This document shows, piece after piece, positions 25,379 through 33,972 of a stretch of 45,556 nucleotides of DNA. A program made the position numbers and the translations under genes. Below the pieces are notes generated by a model. It made no database searches and had not been told where the DNA came from. It saw nothing but the letters and a program-made list of their open reading frames with translations. Position 1 is the stretch's first letter. Every line of letters starts with the position of its first letter. This stretch comes from an uncultured Pseudobdellovibrionaceae bacterium. Its GTDB lineage: Bacteria > Bdellovibrionota > Bdellovibrionia > Bdellovibrionales > JAMPXM01. Where the stretch lies: NCBI GenBank assembly GCA_934277865.1, contig CAKQVW010000001.1, positions 1-45,556 on the forward strand. The letters are read 5' to 3'.

Positions 25379-26272
25379 CTACCTGGCAGTTTTGTCGCCT
25401 TTTGTGGGCTTAGCGGCCGGTGCGACTTCCGACGATTGTGGTGCGGGGAAAAACTGCACACACTTTCCAGCGATATCAGAGAGGGCGGCGCGGTAGCTTC
25501 CATCCGCATCAGAGGCTTTCAAAGAAAAGAGATCCATCGATTTCACTAGAGTGTGAGACTCCGGAGTCACCTCTTTGCCTTTCTCTTTGCCGCTGGAGAA
25601 CGCATCAACCAACTGACCGAGTAAGTCGGAGGCGGCTTTCTTCGGAGCTGTCTGTGCCTGCGGAACGGGAAAGGCATCCTTTGCAAACGAAGAATGCAGC
25701 TTTCGGACATTGGATTCATGAGTGGCCTTGTAGCCCGAGAGCAAACTTCGCAAATTCGCCGGGATTGACTTCATCTGATAGAACGAGTCGCAGCTTTGTG
25801 CTTTTTTAGCGAATTCACTCAATGTTTTTGCATTCGATTGTGAGCGTAGGAGTTCGCACACTTCGCGTGTCAACGTTACGGCGACGCCGTTGTAGGAGTA
25901 CGTGTGTGAAGCGACCTCTTGCTTTTTAAAGACCGTCAATGCTCCAAGATGCTTTTCATCCCGATCCTTGCGCCAGGTAAGAACCTCTTCAGATTCATCC
26001 GCAAACGCAGAGAACTGAATCGCCATCGAATTGTCCTTTGAGACCACGCGCTGAGTGGCACCATCGTCTGCTGGTACTGGAGGAAACCAATATTGCGGGA
26101 CAACACCGAGATTCAGTTCGCCGTTGAACTTAGCACCAGGAAAATCCGTGAGCGTCGCATCGTAGACCGCGAACTGGCCAAGGCTTGGAGCCCTTTTTGC
26201 ATCGTCCGCGGCATGAACAAACACTGGGAGAGTGAGAGCGGCAATCACTAATGTTTCTTTTATAGCTTTCAT
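25379..26272 (-). CDS. Secreted hypothetical protein
   Basis: Start chosen at MKAIKETLVIAALTLPVFVHAADD (signal peptide, AHA-A site) with a purine-rich SD. No recognisable domain. Confidence 0.6.
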   Translation of the reverse strand: MKAIKETLVIAALTLPVFVHAADDAKRAPSLGQFAVYDATLTDFPGAKFNGELNLGVVPQYWFPPVPADDGATQRVVSKDNSMAIQFSAFADESEEVLTWRKDRDEKHLGALTVFKKQEVASHTYSYNGVAVTLTREVCELLRSQSNAKTLSEFAKKAQSCDSFYQMKSIPANLRSLLSGYKATHESNVRKLHSSFAKDAFPVPQAQTAPKKAASDLLGQLVDAFSSGKEKGKEVTPESHTLVKSMDLFSLKASDADGSYRAALSDIAGKCVQFFPAPQSSEVAPAAKPTKGDKTAR

Positions 26273-26307
26273 CGTCTCACCCTTCCTCATAGACCGACCA
26301 ACTTTCC

Positions 26308-28746
26308 TTAGGCTGCCGAAGCGGCCGCTGTGTCTTTCGACTTTTTGCCGCCCTTTGTGCTGTGGCGTTTTGTTTTACCGGTCTTTTCGTCAAGAGCGGC
26401 ATCCAGCGCCATCTGCAGAACTTCATCCAAATGTTCGACGAAGATGAAGCTCAATTGTTTGCGGAACTCTTCGGGGATATCTTGAACGTCCTTCTGGTTC
26501 TGGAAGGGGATCAAGACAGTTTTCACGCCGTGGTTCAGTGCCGCGAGAGCTTTCTCACGAATGCCGCCCACTGGAAGAACACGTCCCGAGAGAGTGACCT
26601 CGCCTGTCATCGCGATGTCTGTGCGTACCGGCGTATTTGTCATCAAGCTGATGAGTGCCGTCGCCATCGTGATACCTGCGCTGGGTCCATCCGTAGGGAT
26701 GGCTCCCGCCGGGATGTGCACGTGACCCGTGTGGTTCTCGCACCAGTCTGGATCGATGCCAAGTTCCTCGGCGTGTGCGCGAGCGTAGCTGAGTGCCGCC
26801 TGCGCCGACTCTTTCATCACGTCGCCCATTTGGCCCGTGAGAACAAGTCCACCTTTGCCCTTCATTTTCAGGGCTTCGATGTGCAGAACTTCGCCGCCTG
26901 CTTGTGCCCAAGCGAGACCAGTTACGATACCCACTTGTGAATCTTCCATCTTCTCGTCGCGAATAAAGCGCGCCGGTCCAAGGAGTTCAGCAATTTTCTC
27001 TGCCGTGCAGATGACCTTTTCTTTGTGGCCAAGCACAACACCTTTTGCAACCTTACGGCAGACCGAACCAACTTCGCGCTCGAGGTTACGAAGACCTGCT
27101 TCGCGAGTGTAGGCTCCGATGAGGTAGCGGATGCCATCATCTGTGAACTCGATGTTCTCAGACGTGACGCCGTTTGCTTCCATCTGGCGCTCGATCAAGT
27201 GTTTCTTCGTGATCAAGAGCTTGTCGTTCTCTGTGTAACCAGAGATTTGAATGAGCTCCATACGGTCGCGAAGAGCCGGTGGAATGTTCTCAAGTACGTT
27301 CGCAGTCGCGATGAACAGCGCATTCGAAAGATCGAAGTCGACGTTCAGGTAGTGATCGCGGAACGCATGGTTCTGTTCGGGATCAAGAACTTCAAGCATC
27401 GCTGCCGAGGGGTCTCCGCGGTAGTCGCTGCCCAGTTTGTCGATCTCGTCGAGAACGATAACGGGGTTCTTTGTTTTAACTTGCTTCAACGCTTGGATGA
27501 TTTTCCCAGGCATCGCGCCGACGTACGTGCGACGGTGACCACGAATCTCGGCTTCGTCTTTCACGCCACCAAGTGCGACGCGGAAGTACTCGCGGCCCAT
27601 CGATCTTGCGATCGAGCGACCAAGCGAAGTTTTACCAACGCCGGGCGGTCCACAGAAGCAGAGGATTGGCCCTTTGCGTGAATCTGTTTTCAGTTTGCGT
27701 ACAGCCAAGAACTCGAGAATACGGTCCTTTGCTTTTGCCAACTCGTAGTGATCTTCATCGAGGATCATTTTTGCGCGATCGAGGTCAAGGTTGTCCTCTG
27801 TCGACTTCGACCATGGCAGATCGATCAGCCAGTCCAGATAAGTGCGAAGCATAGAGGCTTCACTTGCATCTGGGTGCATGCGCTCGAGGCGGCCAAGTTG
27901 TTTCATCGCTTCATTGTGCACGGTCTCGGGCATTCCTGCCTTGACCAGCTTTTCGCGAAGTTCTTCCATCTCTTCGCCCTTCTGATCTTGTTCGCCAAGC
28001 TCAGACTTGATAGCTCGCATTTGCTCGCGCAAGAAGTACTCGCGCTGGCTTTTCGACATCTCGTCTTTTGCTGTTGAACGGATCTTCTGTTGCATCGACA
28101 GAACTTCGAGTTCCGCCGTGAGAATCTCGTTTACAAGCTTCAGGCGCTCGACCGAGTCTGTCGATTCGAGTACGCGTTGAGCGTCCGAGACCTTCAGACC
28201 GAGGTTCGATGCGATGAGATCCGCGAGGCGACCTGGTTCGGTCACATCATCAAGGATCAAAAGAATGTCTGGTGAGAGCGAACGGCCGAGAGCGATAATC
28301 TTCTCTAGCTGTTCACGAGCCGTGCGCATCAGCGCTTCGTGCTCGATAGGAAGTTCCTTCGAATCCTTGGCATCTACGGTTTCCGAGAGCTTCTCGACCG
28401 CGACTTCGAAGTTCGGAGACGACTTCACATAACGAGTGATGCGTCCTTTGGCTTCGCCTTGAATAAGGATTTTTACCCGACCGTCCGCAAGCTTTCGCAT
28501 GCGCATGATACGAGCGATTGTTCCGACCTGATAGATTGTATTCTCAGTCGGATTCTCTTCGGTGATTTCACGCTGTGAAGCAAGGAAGATCAGTCGGTTT
28601 TTACCGAGCGCCTCTTCTACCGAACGAATCGATGCTTCTCGTCCAACGAAGAGAGGCAAAATCATGTAAGGGAATACCACGATGTCTCTCACTGGGAGCA
28701 TCGGAAGTGATTCCGGAATCTCTAGAACTTTATCGTCAAAACCCAT
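26308..28746 (-). CDS. lon: ATP-dependent Lon protease (LonA)
   Basis: 812 aa. LON N-domain LPMLPVRDIVVFPYMILPLFVGRE. AAA+ Walker A GPPGVGKTSLGRSIA. Protease-domain DGPSAGITMATAL with the catalytic Ser. Confidence 0.97.
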   Translation of the reverse strand: MGFDDKVLEIPESLPMLPVRDIVVFPYMILPLFVGREASIRSVEEALGKNRLIFLASQREITEENPTENTIYQVGTIARIMRMRKLADGRVKILIQGEAKGRITRYVKSSPNFEVAVEKLSETVDAKDSKELPIEHEALMRTAREQLEKIIALGRSLSPDILLILDDVTEPGRLADLIASNLGLKVSDAQRVLESTDSVERLKLVNEILTAELEVLSMQQKIRSTAKDEMSKSQREYFLREQMRAIKSELGEQDQKGEEMEELREKLVKAGMPETVHNEAMKQLGRLERMHPDASEASMLRTYLDWLIDLPWSKSTEDNLDLDRAKMILDEDHYELAKAKDRILEFLAVRKLKTDSRKGPILCFCGPPGVGKTSLGRSIARSMGREYFRVALGGVKDEAEIRGHRRTYVGAMPGKIIQALKQVKTKNPVIVLDEIDKLGSDYRGDPSAAMLEVLDPEQNHAFRDHYLNVDFDLSNALFIATANVLENIPPALRDRMELIQISGYTENDKLLITKKHLIERQMEANGVTSENIEFTDDGIRYLIGAYTREAGLRNLEREVGSVCRKVAKGVVLGHKEKVICTAEKIAELLGPARFIRDEKMEDSQVGIVTGLAWAQAGGEVLHIEALKMKGKGGLVLTGQMGDVMKESAQAALSYARAHAEELGIDPDWCENHTGHVHIPAGAIPTDGPSAGITMATALISLMTNTPVRTDIAMTGEVTLSGRVLPVGGIREKALAALNHGVKTVLIPFQNQKDVQDIPEEFRKQLSFIFVEHLDEVLQMALDAALDEKTGKTKRHSTKGGKKSKDTAAASAA

Positions 28747-28981
28747 GCATCCTCCGCCACTGCGTGCAAGGCTCTATCTGCTTAACTTTTCGGTCTCAAA
28801 TTGAACGGGCTTAAACAACCCAGACGAAATAAACGCACGCAGACCCAAAATCAGGCCATGTGGCTTGTTCTTAAGATGAAAATGACTAGGGTTTGATCGA
28901 GTCTAGCTAGGTGAGAAGCGGGGAATCCGCCTCTAGAGCCGGTTTCAGGCAGGACTACAGTCGAGAAAGCTCATCGTGCTT

Positions 28982-29018
28982 CAAAACACAAATGCCGCAA
29001 CCCAGACGGGATTGCGGC
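28982..29018 (-). terminator. Rho-independent terminator downstream of the zinc-finger dksA-like gene
   Basis: On the minus strand: GCCGCAA-11 nt loop-TTGCGGC (28994-29018), followed by ATTTGTGTTTTGAA. It starts 38 nt after the stop codon. Confidence 0.6.
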
Positions 29019-29055
29019 AAGTGACGCTATGCAAATCAAAAAACAAGGAGGTACC

Positions 29056-29415
29056 TTATGCGAAGATGCGTTCGGTTTGTTCTTGTTCTTCTTTGCAGGC
29101 AATGCAGAGAGTGGCAACTGGGCGAGCTTTCAGGCGTGCGATCCCGATGGGTTCTTCGCACACTTCGCAAAGACCATACGAGCCATCAACGATGCGTTGA
29201 AGGGCGCGATCGATTTTTGGAAGTAGCATGTGAGCGCGTTCCTGGTCGCGAACCGCTCGAGTGAGATCGAGTTCGGAAGTTGCGCGATCGCCTTCGTCGC
29301 CGCGCTCACCGACAGGCGCAAGAGTCTCGTGACGAAAACTCTGCATCTTATTGATAAGTTCGGAACGTTGATCGAGCAGCATCAACTTGAAAGAATTCAA
29401 TTCGCGTGTACGCAT
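29056..29415 (-). CDS. DksA/TraR-family RNA polymerase-binding regulator with a C4 zinc finger
   Basis: Start chosen at MRTRELNSF (ATG 29415, GGGAG SD), giving 119 aa. Coiled-coil tip DEGDRA (DxxDxA). Zinc finger CEVC-x17-CIAC. Confidence 0.85.
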   Translation of the reverse strand: MRTRELNSFKLMLLDQRSELINKMQSFRHETLAPVGERGDEGDRATSELDLTRAVRDQERAHMLLPKIDRALQRIVDGSYGLCEVCEEPIGIARLKARPVATLCIACKEEQEQTERIFA

Positions 29416-29497
29416 AGAACACTCCCTCGCTTTGCGATGCACATTAGTTGTGCACCAAATAACCCGCCGCGACCCCACTCGCAACAGGTTGTGACAG

Positions 29498-29526
29498 CTT
29501 CTAAGGAGTCTGTAAGGTCTTGTCAA
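29498..29526 (-). promoter_or_regulatory. Candidate promoter for the zinc-finger dksA-like gene (T8 tract, TTGACA-N17-TAGAAG)
   Basis: Minus strand reads TTTTTTTTGACA agaccttacagactcct TAGAAG. The -35 is at 29521-29526 and the -10 at 29498-29503, about 80 nt upstream of the ATG. The -10 lacks the terminal T. Confidence 0.3.
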
Positions 29527-29694
29527 AAAAAAGAGGTTTGTTCCGCGTTATCCAAACAGGATGCTTTGGACTTGAGCATCTCCTTGTGGATATTGGCAAT
29601 TTCGGAATTTCTCTGACCGCGGGCGTCGCATCCTTGCTAGCGCGCGGCTGTGAAGTCGGTGCCTCGCGACCTCCTGTCGCAAACCATTCCGACC

Positions 29695-29716
29695 AAATCT
29701 GTCACGAAATCTGTCA
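29695..29716. repeat. Direct repeat AAATCTGTCA-CG-AAATCTGTCA (12-bp phasing)
   Basis: Two exact 10-mers at 29695-29704 and 29707-29716, 14 nt downstream of the Cys-depleted dksA-like stop and inside the 314-bp spacer between the two paralogs. Confidence 0.7.
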
Positions 29717-29729
29717 TAAAATAAATCGG

Positions 29730-30119
29730 CTAAGAGCGAACAAATCGACGGCTCATCGCCTCGCGAATCTCAGCTCCTTCGATGGAGAGGCGAGTCCATG
29801 GAAGGGCGCGCAGGCGCTCGACCTCGATCGGCTCGTCGGTCTCTTCGCAGATCCCGTAGCTGCCGCGTTCGATGCGAGCGAGGGCGCTTTCGATTTCAAG
29901 CAAGCGAGTTTTGGCTCGTTGCTGCTCACATAAGAAATCGTTCTCGGCGAGAAGTGCCATAGTCATGTCGCCTTCGTCGCTCCCTCCGCGGTCTCGACTT
30001 TCGAACTCCCGCATCGCGGCCCGTGAACGGTTAAGAAGCTCCGCTTTCATTTCTACCAACCGTGCGCGGCACTCCCGAATGAATTGATCCGTCAGACCTG
30101 TTTTCGAAGCTTGCGACAT
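29730..30119 (-). CDS. DksA/TraR-family paralog lacking the Cys4 zinc finger
   Basis: 129 aa with a strong SD (GGAGAGGAGGA). Tip motif DEGDMT. The finger region is CEET-x17-SIEG, so only 1 of the 4 Cys is retained. Confidence 0.8.
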   Translation of the reverse strand: MSQASKTGLTDQFIRECRARLVEMKAELLNRSRAAMREFESRDRGGSDEGDMTMALLAENDFLCEQQRAKTRLLEIESALARIERGSYGICEETDEPIEVERLRALPWTRLSIEGAEIREAMSRRFVRS

Positions 30120-30200
30120 GACGTCCTCCTCTCCCCACCAAGGTCCTGTTTAGTGACCTTGCTGGCGAGTAAGACGAATCGAATCGCACAACCGGTTAGA

Positions 30201-30233
30201 GCGATGCCCATTTTCGGGCATCGCATTTTTTTA
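30201..30233 (+). terminator. Strong intrinsic-terminator-like hairpin whose T-tract is on the plus strand
   Basis: GCGATGCCC (30201-30209), loop ATTTTC, GGGCATCGC (30216-30224), then ATTTTTTTA. Both flanking genes are on the minus strand, where the hairpin is preceded by an A-run and not followed by a U-tract. Confidence 0.5.
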
Positions 30234-30254
30234 TGGCGGTCGTAAGCGGTCCTG

Positions 30255-32240
30255 TTACTGGACCGTGGACTCAAGGGGCACCAGCTTGCCCTCTTTGACG
30301 GTGAGTACGCTGATAGGTCGTTTAAGCTCTCGAGTAGGGCTCATATCCAAAGCACCAAACGCTCCGGGAAATCCCTTCACGCTCGTCAACTTTTCCTGCA
30401 GTTCGGTGCGCGTGGTGGCGCCGCCTGCGATCAGCTGTCGCAACAAAAGACCTGTGTCGTAGGCTTGCGCTTCAATCATGCCGGGCTCTTCGCCAAACAC
30501 GTCTTTGTAGGCCTTAACGAAATCTGAAGACGCGAATGAACGGTCGCCGGTGTAGAGCCCGTCGACGATGATCGCGTTTTCCACAAACTTTTGCCCACGA
30601 GAAACAAACGAAGCGTTGTTCCAAAGGTTGGTGCCAAGAAGTCTGACATTGTCGACATCGTTGTAGGCAAGCATGGGTGCGATCTGCCCAGCGGCTCTTG
30701 CACTGTCAGGAATGAAGAGCGCGTCGAAGTCGACGATCGGAGGAAGGATCTCTTCTGGAGTCGCCTGCGATTGGCGCGCCGAGCGACGTGGATTTTTCTC
30801 CAGATATTGGCGGTATCGAATCCGGTACTCCTCTGACCGATCTTCGACGTAGTAGTTTCCAACCATGCGTTGCACGTGACCGCGGAAGTCGGTTTCTTTC
30901 GGATCATACGGCTGGGCGGCGTTCACCGAGCCACCACGCAGCTTCACAGCGTCCCAGAAGAAGTTCGCAAACTCTGTTCCATAGGGGTCATTTGGAAAGA
31001 GGATGGCAAAGCGTTTAAGGCCCAGACGCTCGATGGCGACGTAGGCGAGATGTTCCGCCTGCATTTGGCTGGTCAAAGCATTTCGGAAAATGAATTCGCC
31101 ACTTTCCGTCAGGCCCGCCTTTTGTCCGAGAACAATCGTTGGCATACCAAACTCTTGCGCCTTACTGGTTTCAGAGCCCGCAGTTCGAGAAAGCAGTCCG
31201 CCTACCATGGCAACGGCATTGTCCTCGACCACAAGTCGTTCTACCGCGCGCCGAGCGATGTCGGGGTTGCCTTCGCTGTCGATGACAGCCAAACGGAATC
31301 CCGAGGTCTTTTTGTTCGGACTGTAGATTCCGAGTCCAAGCTGTAGGCCGCGAAGCGCGCGGTAGCCCACGGCTTGTTGCCGTCCCGAGAGGGGAAGAAT
31401 CGCGCCGACCGTGCGGGGATTTACCCGGCTTCGCGCATCGATCTGTGTGATGAGCGTCGTCGCACGCTCGGCGAGCTCGGTTCCGGGTGCCAAGGCCACC
31501 ACATCTTGAAAGGAACTGCGCGCGCGTGCCAGTTGTTTCTGCTCGGCAAGGCTAAGGCCGATCCGGTACTTCGCTGTTGGTCGAAGGAACCCGTAGCTGC
31601 TACGGTCTGCGACTTCCGTCAGCTGCTCTTCATTGAGTCGGGTGTCCAAGAGGTCTTGAGCGGCAAGTCGGTACTTTTCTTTCCGGCTAGCGTCTGTCGC
31701 TTGGTTGTAGAGCTCGACGTAGAGCTCGAGAGCATCGAGTACGCGATTTTCAGACAGGAGGATTTCGCCTTGAAGTTCGCTAGCCTCGTACTTTTGCGCC
31801 GGTGTTGCATTGCTCGAACGTGCGATCGCACGGGTGAGATCGAGGGCTTCGCGAAATTGACTGAATCGCACATGAATGCGAGCGGCGCGAAGTAGAGCCT
31901 CTGTTTCGTAGGGCGTCTCCATTTCGCCTCGCGCGACGGAGAGGTAGCTTTGGAGGGCATCTTTCCAGAGCTGTTGTTTCTCAAAAATTTGCGCCGACAT
32001 CATGTTGGCGTCGTCTGCGAGATCCGATTCCGGAGCGGTCGCGATGACCTTCTTGAAGCGCGCGAGTGCTTTTTTGTTGTCGCCGGCTTCCATGGCTAGC
32101 CGACCTTGTTTAAACTCTTGTTCAAGAGAGGGCGGAGCTTTAACGGGCTGGCGTCGCTTCGGCGTCGTTTGGCACGCGCTCAATAAGAAGGTGGCCACCA
32201 AGACGGCTAAGAAAGTCATCTGAGTTGGAGTTTTGATCAC
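30255..32240 (-). CDS. Lipoprotein with an N-terminal TPR region and a C-terminal type-1 periplasmic-binding fold (LpoA/LppC-like or Leu/Ile/Val-binding-protein-like)
   Basis: 661 aa. GTG start with a GGGAGG SD. Lipobox LLSAC. TPR-like helical repeats over about aa 40-260. The C-terminal half has PBP1 features (VGAILPLSGRQQAVGYRALRGLQLG...AMVGGLLS). Confidence 0.7.
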   Translation of the reverse strand: MIKTPTQMTFLAVLVATFLLSACQTTPKRRQPVKAPPSLEQEFKQGRLAMEAGDNKKALARFKKVIATAPESDLADDANMMSAQIFEKQQLWKDALQSYLSVARGEMETPYETEALLRAARIHVRFSQFREALDLTRAIARSSNATPAQKYEASELQGEILLSENRVLDALELYVELYNQATDASRKEKYRLAAQDLLDTRLNEEQLTEVADRSSYGFLRPTAKYRIGLSLAEQKQLARARSSFQDVVALAPGTELAERATTLITQIDARSRVNPRTVGAILPLSGRQQAVGYRALRGLQLGLGIYSPNKKTSGFRLAVIDSEGNPDIARRAVERLVVEDNAVAMVGGLLSRTAGSETSKAQEFGMPTIVLGQKAGLTESGEFIFRNALTSQMQAEHLAYVAIERLGLKRFAILFPNDPYGTEFANFFWDAVKLRGGSVNAAQPYDPKETDFRGHVQRMVGNYYVEDRSEEYRIRYRQYLEKNPRRSARQSQATPEEILPPIVDFDALFIPDSARAAGQIAPMLAYNDVDNVRLLGTNLWNNASFVSRGQKFVENAIIVDGLYTGDRSFASSDFVKAYKDVFGEEPGMIEAQAYDTGLLLRQLIAGGATTRTELQEKLTSVKGFPGAFGALDMSPTRELKRPISVLTVKEGKLVPLESTVQ

Positions 32241-32275
32241 GAGCGCCTCCCTACGTCACGCGTCCGTCGATTGCC

Positions 32276-33319
32276 TCACTTTTTACGTAGGCGTTCGACC
32301 TTCTCTTGGAAGGACTTGACCATCGGTCCCGGACGCACGCTAGCGGCAAAACGTTTTAACAGTTCCTTCTGATCATCGGTGAGGTCTCGCGGCACGTCGA
32401 TCAGAACCTTTACCAACATGTCTCCTGATGCAGCGCCGCCTTGACCCACCATAGGGAATCCCTTCCCTTTGAGTCGAAAAATTTGGCCGGAAGGTGTTCC
32501 GGGTGGAATTTTAAGCGAGGCTTTGCCAGTGAGCGTTGGAATTTCGGCGATGGTTCCGTTCACCGCATCGGAAAACCCGAGTGGCAATTCGAGGTGCACA
32601 TCGTTTTCCACTCGTCGAAACAGCGCGTGTTCAGCCACGTTTACAATCACGTAGAGATCGCCAAACTGATTTCCGCTGGGAGGCGCGTCGCCCTCGGCGC
32701 GAAGCTTAAGACGTTGCCCAGATTTGACTCCCGAAGGAATCGTGATGGCGAGTCGGGCGGTTTCTTCGCGCCCGCCACGCTGACGAACAAAGCTGATGGT
32801 TTTTTCACAACCTGTCGCAGCTTCTTCCAGTGTGATCGTCAACGTGTAGCGGAGATCGGCGCCGCGCGTGCGAGTACCGCCACGAGGGCCGTCTTGCTGG
32901 CCGCCGCCAGGGCGTGGCCCTTTCTGGCGAACCTCACGAAAAGCGTCGCCAAAGATGTCGCCGAAAATATCTTGGAAGGATTCTGGTCCAGCCGAGCCAA
33001 ATCCACTGAAGGTTTGATCTTCGAAACCGCCAAAGGGCCCGCCCCCAAAAGGACCAGCTCCGCCGCTAAACGGACCGCCGGCTCCGGCATAGGCCGCAAA
33101 GCCATGGCCAAACTGGTCGTACTGTTTACGTTTCTCCGGGTCCGAAAGCACATCGTTGGCCTCGGAAATTTCTTTGAATTTGTCCTCGGCCGTTTTGTCG
33201 CCCGGATTTTTGTCAGGGTGAAACTGAAGCGCCAGCTTGCGAAAGGCCTTCTTGATTTCGTCCGGTGTCGAGTTGCGACGAACACCGAGAACCTCGTAGT
33301 AGTCGCGTTTGTTGGACAC
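32276..33319 (-). CDS. J-domain co-chaperone, class B (DnaJ/CbpA-like, no zinc-finger domain)
   Basis: 347 aa. GTG start with a GAGG SD. J domain DYYEVLGV...[11 protein letters not shown]-rich region is followed directly by the C-terminal substrate-binding domains. No CxxCxGxG repeats. Confidence 0.85.
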   Translation of the reverse strand: MSNKRDYYEVLGVRRNSTPDEIKKAFRKLALQFHPDKNPGDKTAEDKFKEISEANDVLSDPEKRKQYDQFGHGFAAYAGAGGPFSGGAGPFGGGPFGGFEDQTFSGFGSAGPESFQDIFGDIFGDAFREVRQKGPRPGGGQQDGPRGGTRTRGADLRYTLTITLEEAATGCEKTISFVRQRGGREETARLAITIPSGVKSGQRLKLRAEGDAPPSGNQFGDLYVIVNVAEHALFRRVENDVHLELPLGFSDAVNGTIAEIPTLTGKASLKIPPGTPSGQIFRLKGKGFPMVGQGGAASGDMLVKVLIDVPRDLTDDQKELLKRFAASVRPGPMVKSFQEKVERLRKK

Positions 33320-33336
33320 AGGTTACCTCAGTTTCA

Positions 33337-33942
33337 TCACGCATTACTTTTGGGGCGCGCAACCACGACTTGTCCGGGGCGAACGAGCCGATCGTGAAGC
33401 TTGTAAGGCTTTTTGAAGACTCGCGAGATATGTCCCTCGGGGAACTCGCCCGTTTCTTCGCTGCTCAGCGCCTCGTGAATCAAGGGATTGAACGCCGTAC
33501 CGAGCGCCGGTTGTTCTTCGACTCCGTTTCGGATCAAAGTTTGTTTCAACTCGTGAGCCGTGAGTTCGATTCCTTTGCGAAAAGCGGCGGCGTTCTCCGG
33601 TGTGTTTTCTAGGGCCAATGCGGTCTCAAAAATGTCGACGACACCGAGGATGTCGACAACGAGGCGTTCTGCGCCATACTTGCGCAGATCCGAACGTTCT
33701 TTGATGGAGTTCTTTTTGTAGTTTTCGAACTCGGCGTACAGGTACAAAAAATCTTTGCGGACTTTTTCAAGATCGGCCTTCAGCGACCCGCTGTCAGCCG
33801 CCGCCGCGCCGTCTGCATCGACGGCTTCCCCGGCAGCCTGATCGGCACCGGGCTGCGTGTCGTCGGAAAGTCTGCGAATTTCCTCAGGATTGAGATTGTG
33901 GTTTGCGCCTTCGGATTGGTTTGTTTTCTTTTCGTCAGCCAT
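33337..33942 (-). CDS. grpE: Nucleotide exchange factor GrpE
   Basis: 201 aa. Acidic N-terminus, then YLYAEFENYKKNSIKE...ALGTAFNPLIHEAL...GHISRVFKKPYKLHDRLVRPGQVVV, typical of GrpE. Confidence 0.9.
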   Translation of the reverse strand: MADEKKTNQSEGANHNLNPEEIRRLSDDTQPGADQAAGEAVDADGAAAADSGSLKADLEKVRKDFLYLYAEFENYKKNSIKERSDLRKYGAERLVVDILGVVDIFETALALENTPENAAAFRKGIELTAHELKQTLIRNGVEEQPALGTAFNPLIHEALSSEETGEFPEGHISRVFKKPYKLHDRLVRPGQVVVARPKSNA

Positions 33943-33972
33943 TTAGGCATTATGGGTTCGAGTTTCAGAATG

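Noticed and set aside
29045-29264. A perfect-looking SD (AAGGAGG) 6 nt upstream of the ATG at 29058 on the plus strand, opening a 68-aa ORF antisense to the zinc-finger dksA-like gene.
   Set aside because: The product is Arg/Cys-rich with no features and lies entirely antisense to a well-supported gene. The SD-like string is the reverse complement of the Pyr-rich region just after the dksA stop. I treat it as coincidence unless Ribo-seq says otherwise.
32441-33397. 318-aa plus-strand ORF opposite the J-protein gene.
   Set aside because: Its composition looks out-of-frame (Arg/Ala/Ser-rich). The antisense strand has a clear J domain and DnaJ C-terminal domains.
33943-33972. Looked for a CIRCE (TTAGCACTC-N9-GAGTGCTAA) operator upstream of grpE, hemW and lon.
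   Set aside because: I saw no such inverted repeat in the 30-bp hemW/grpE spacer, the hemW 5' region or the lon leader.
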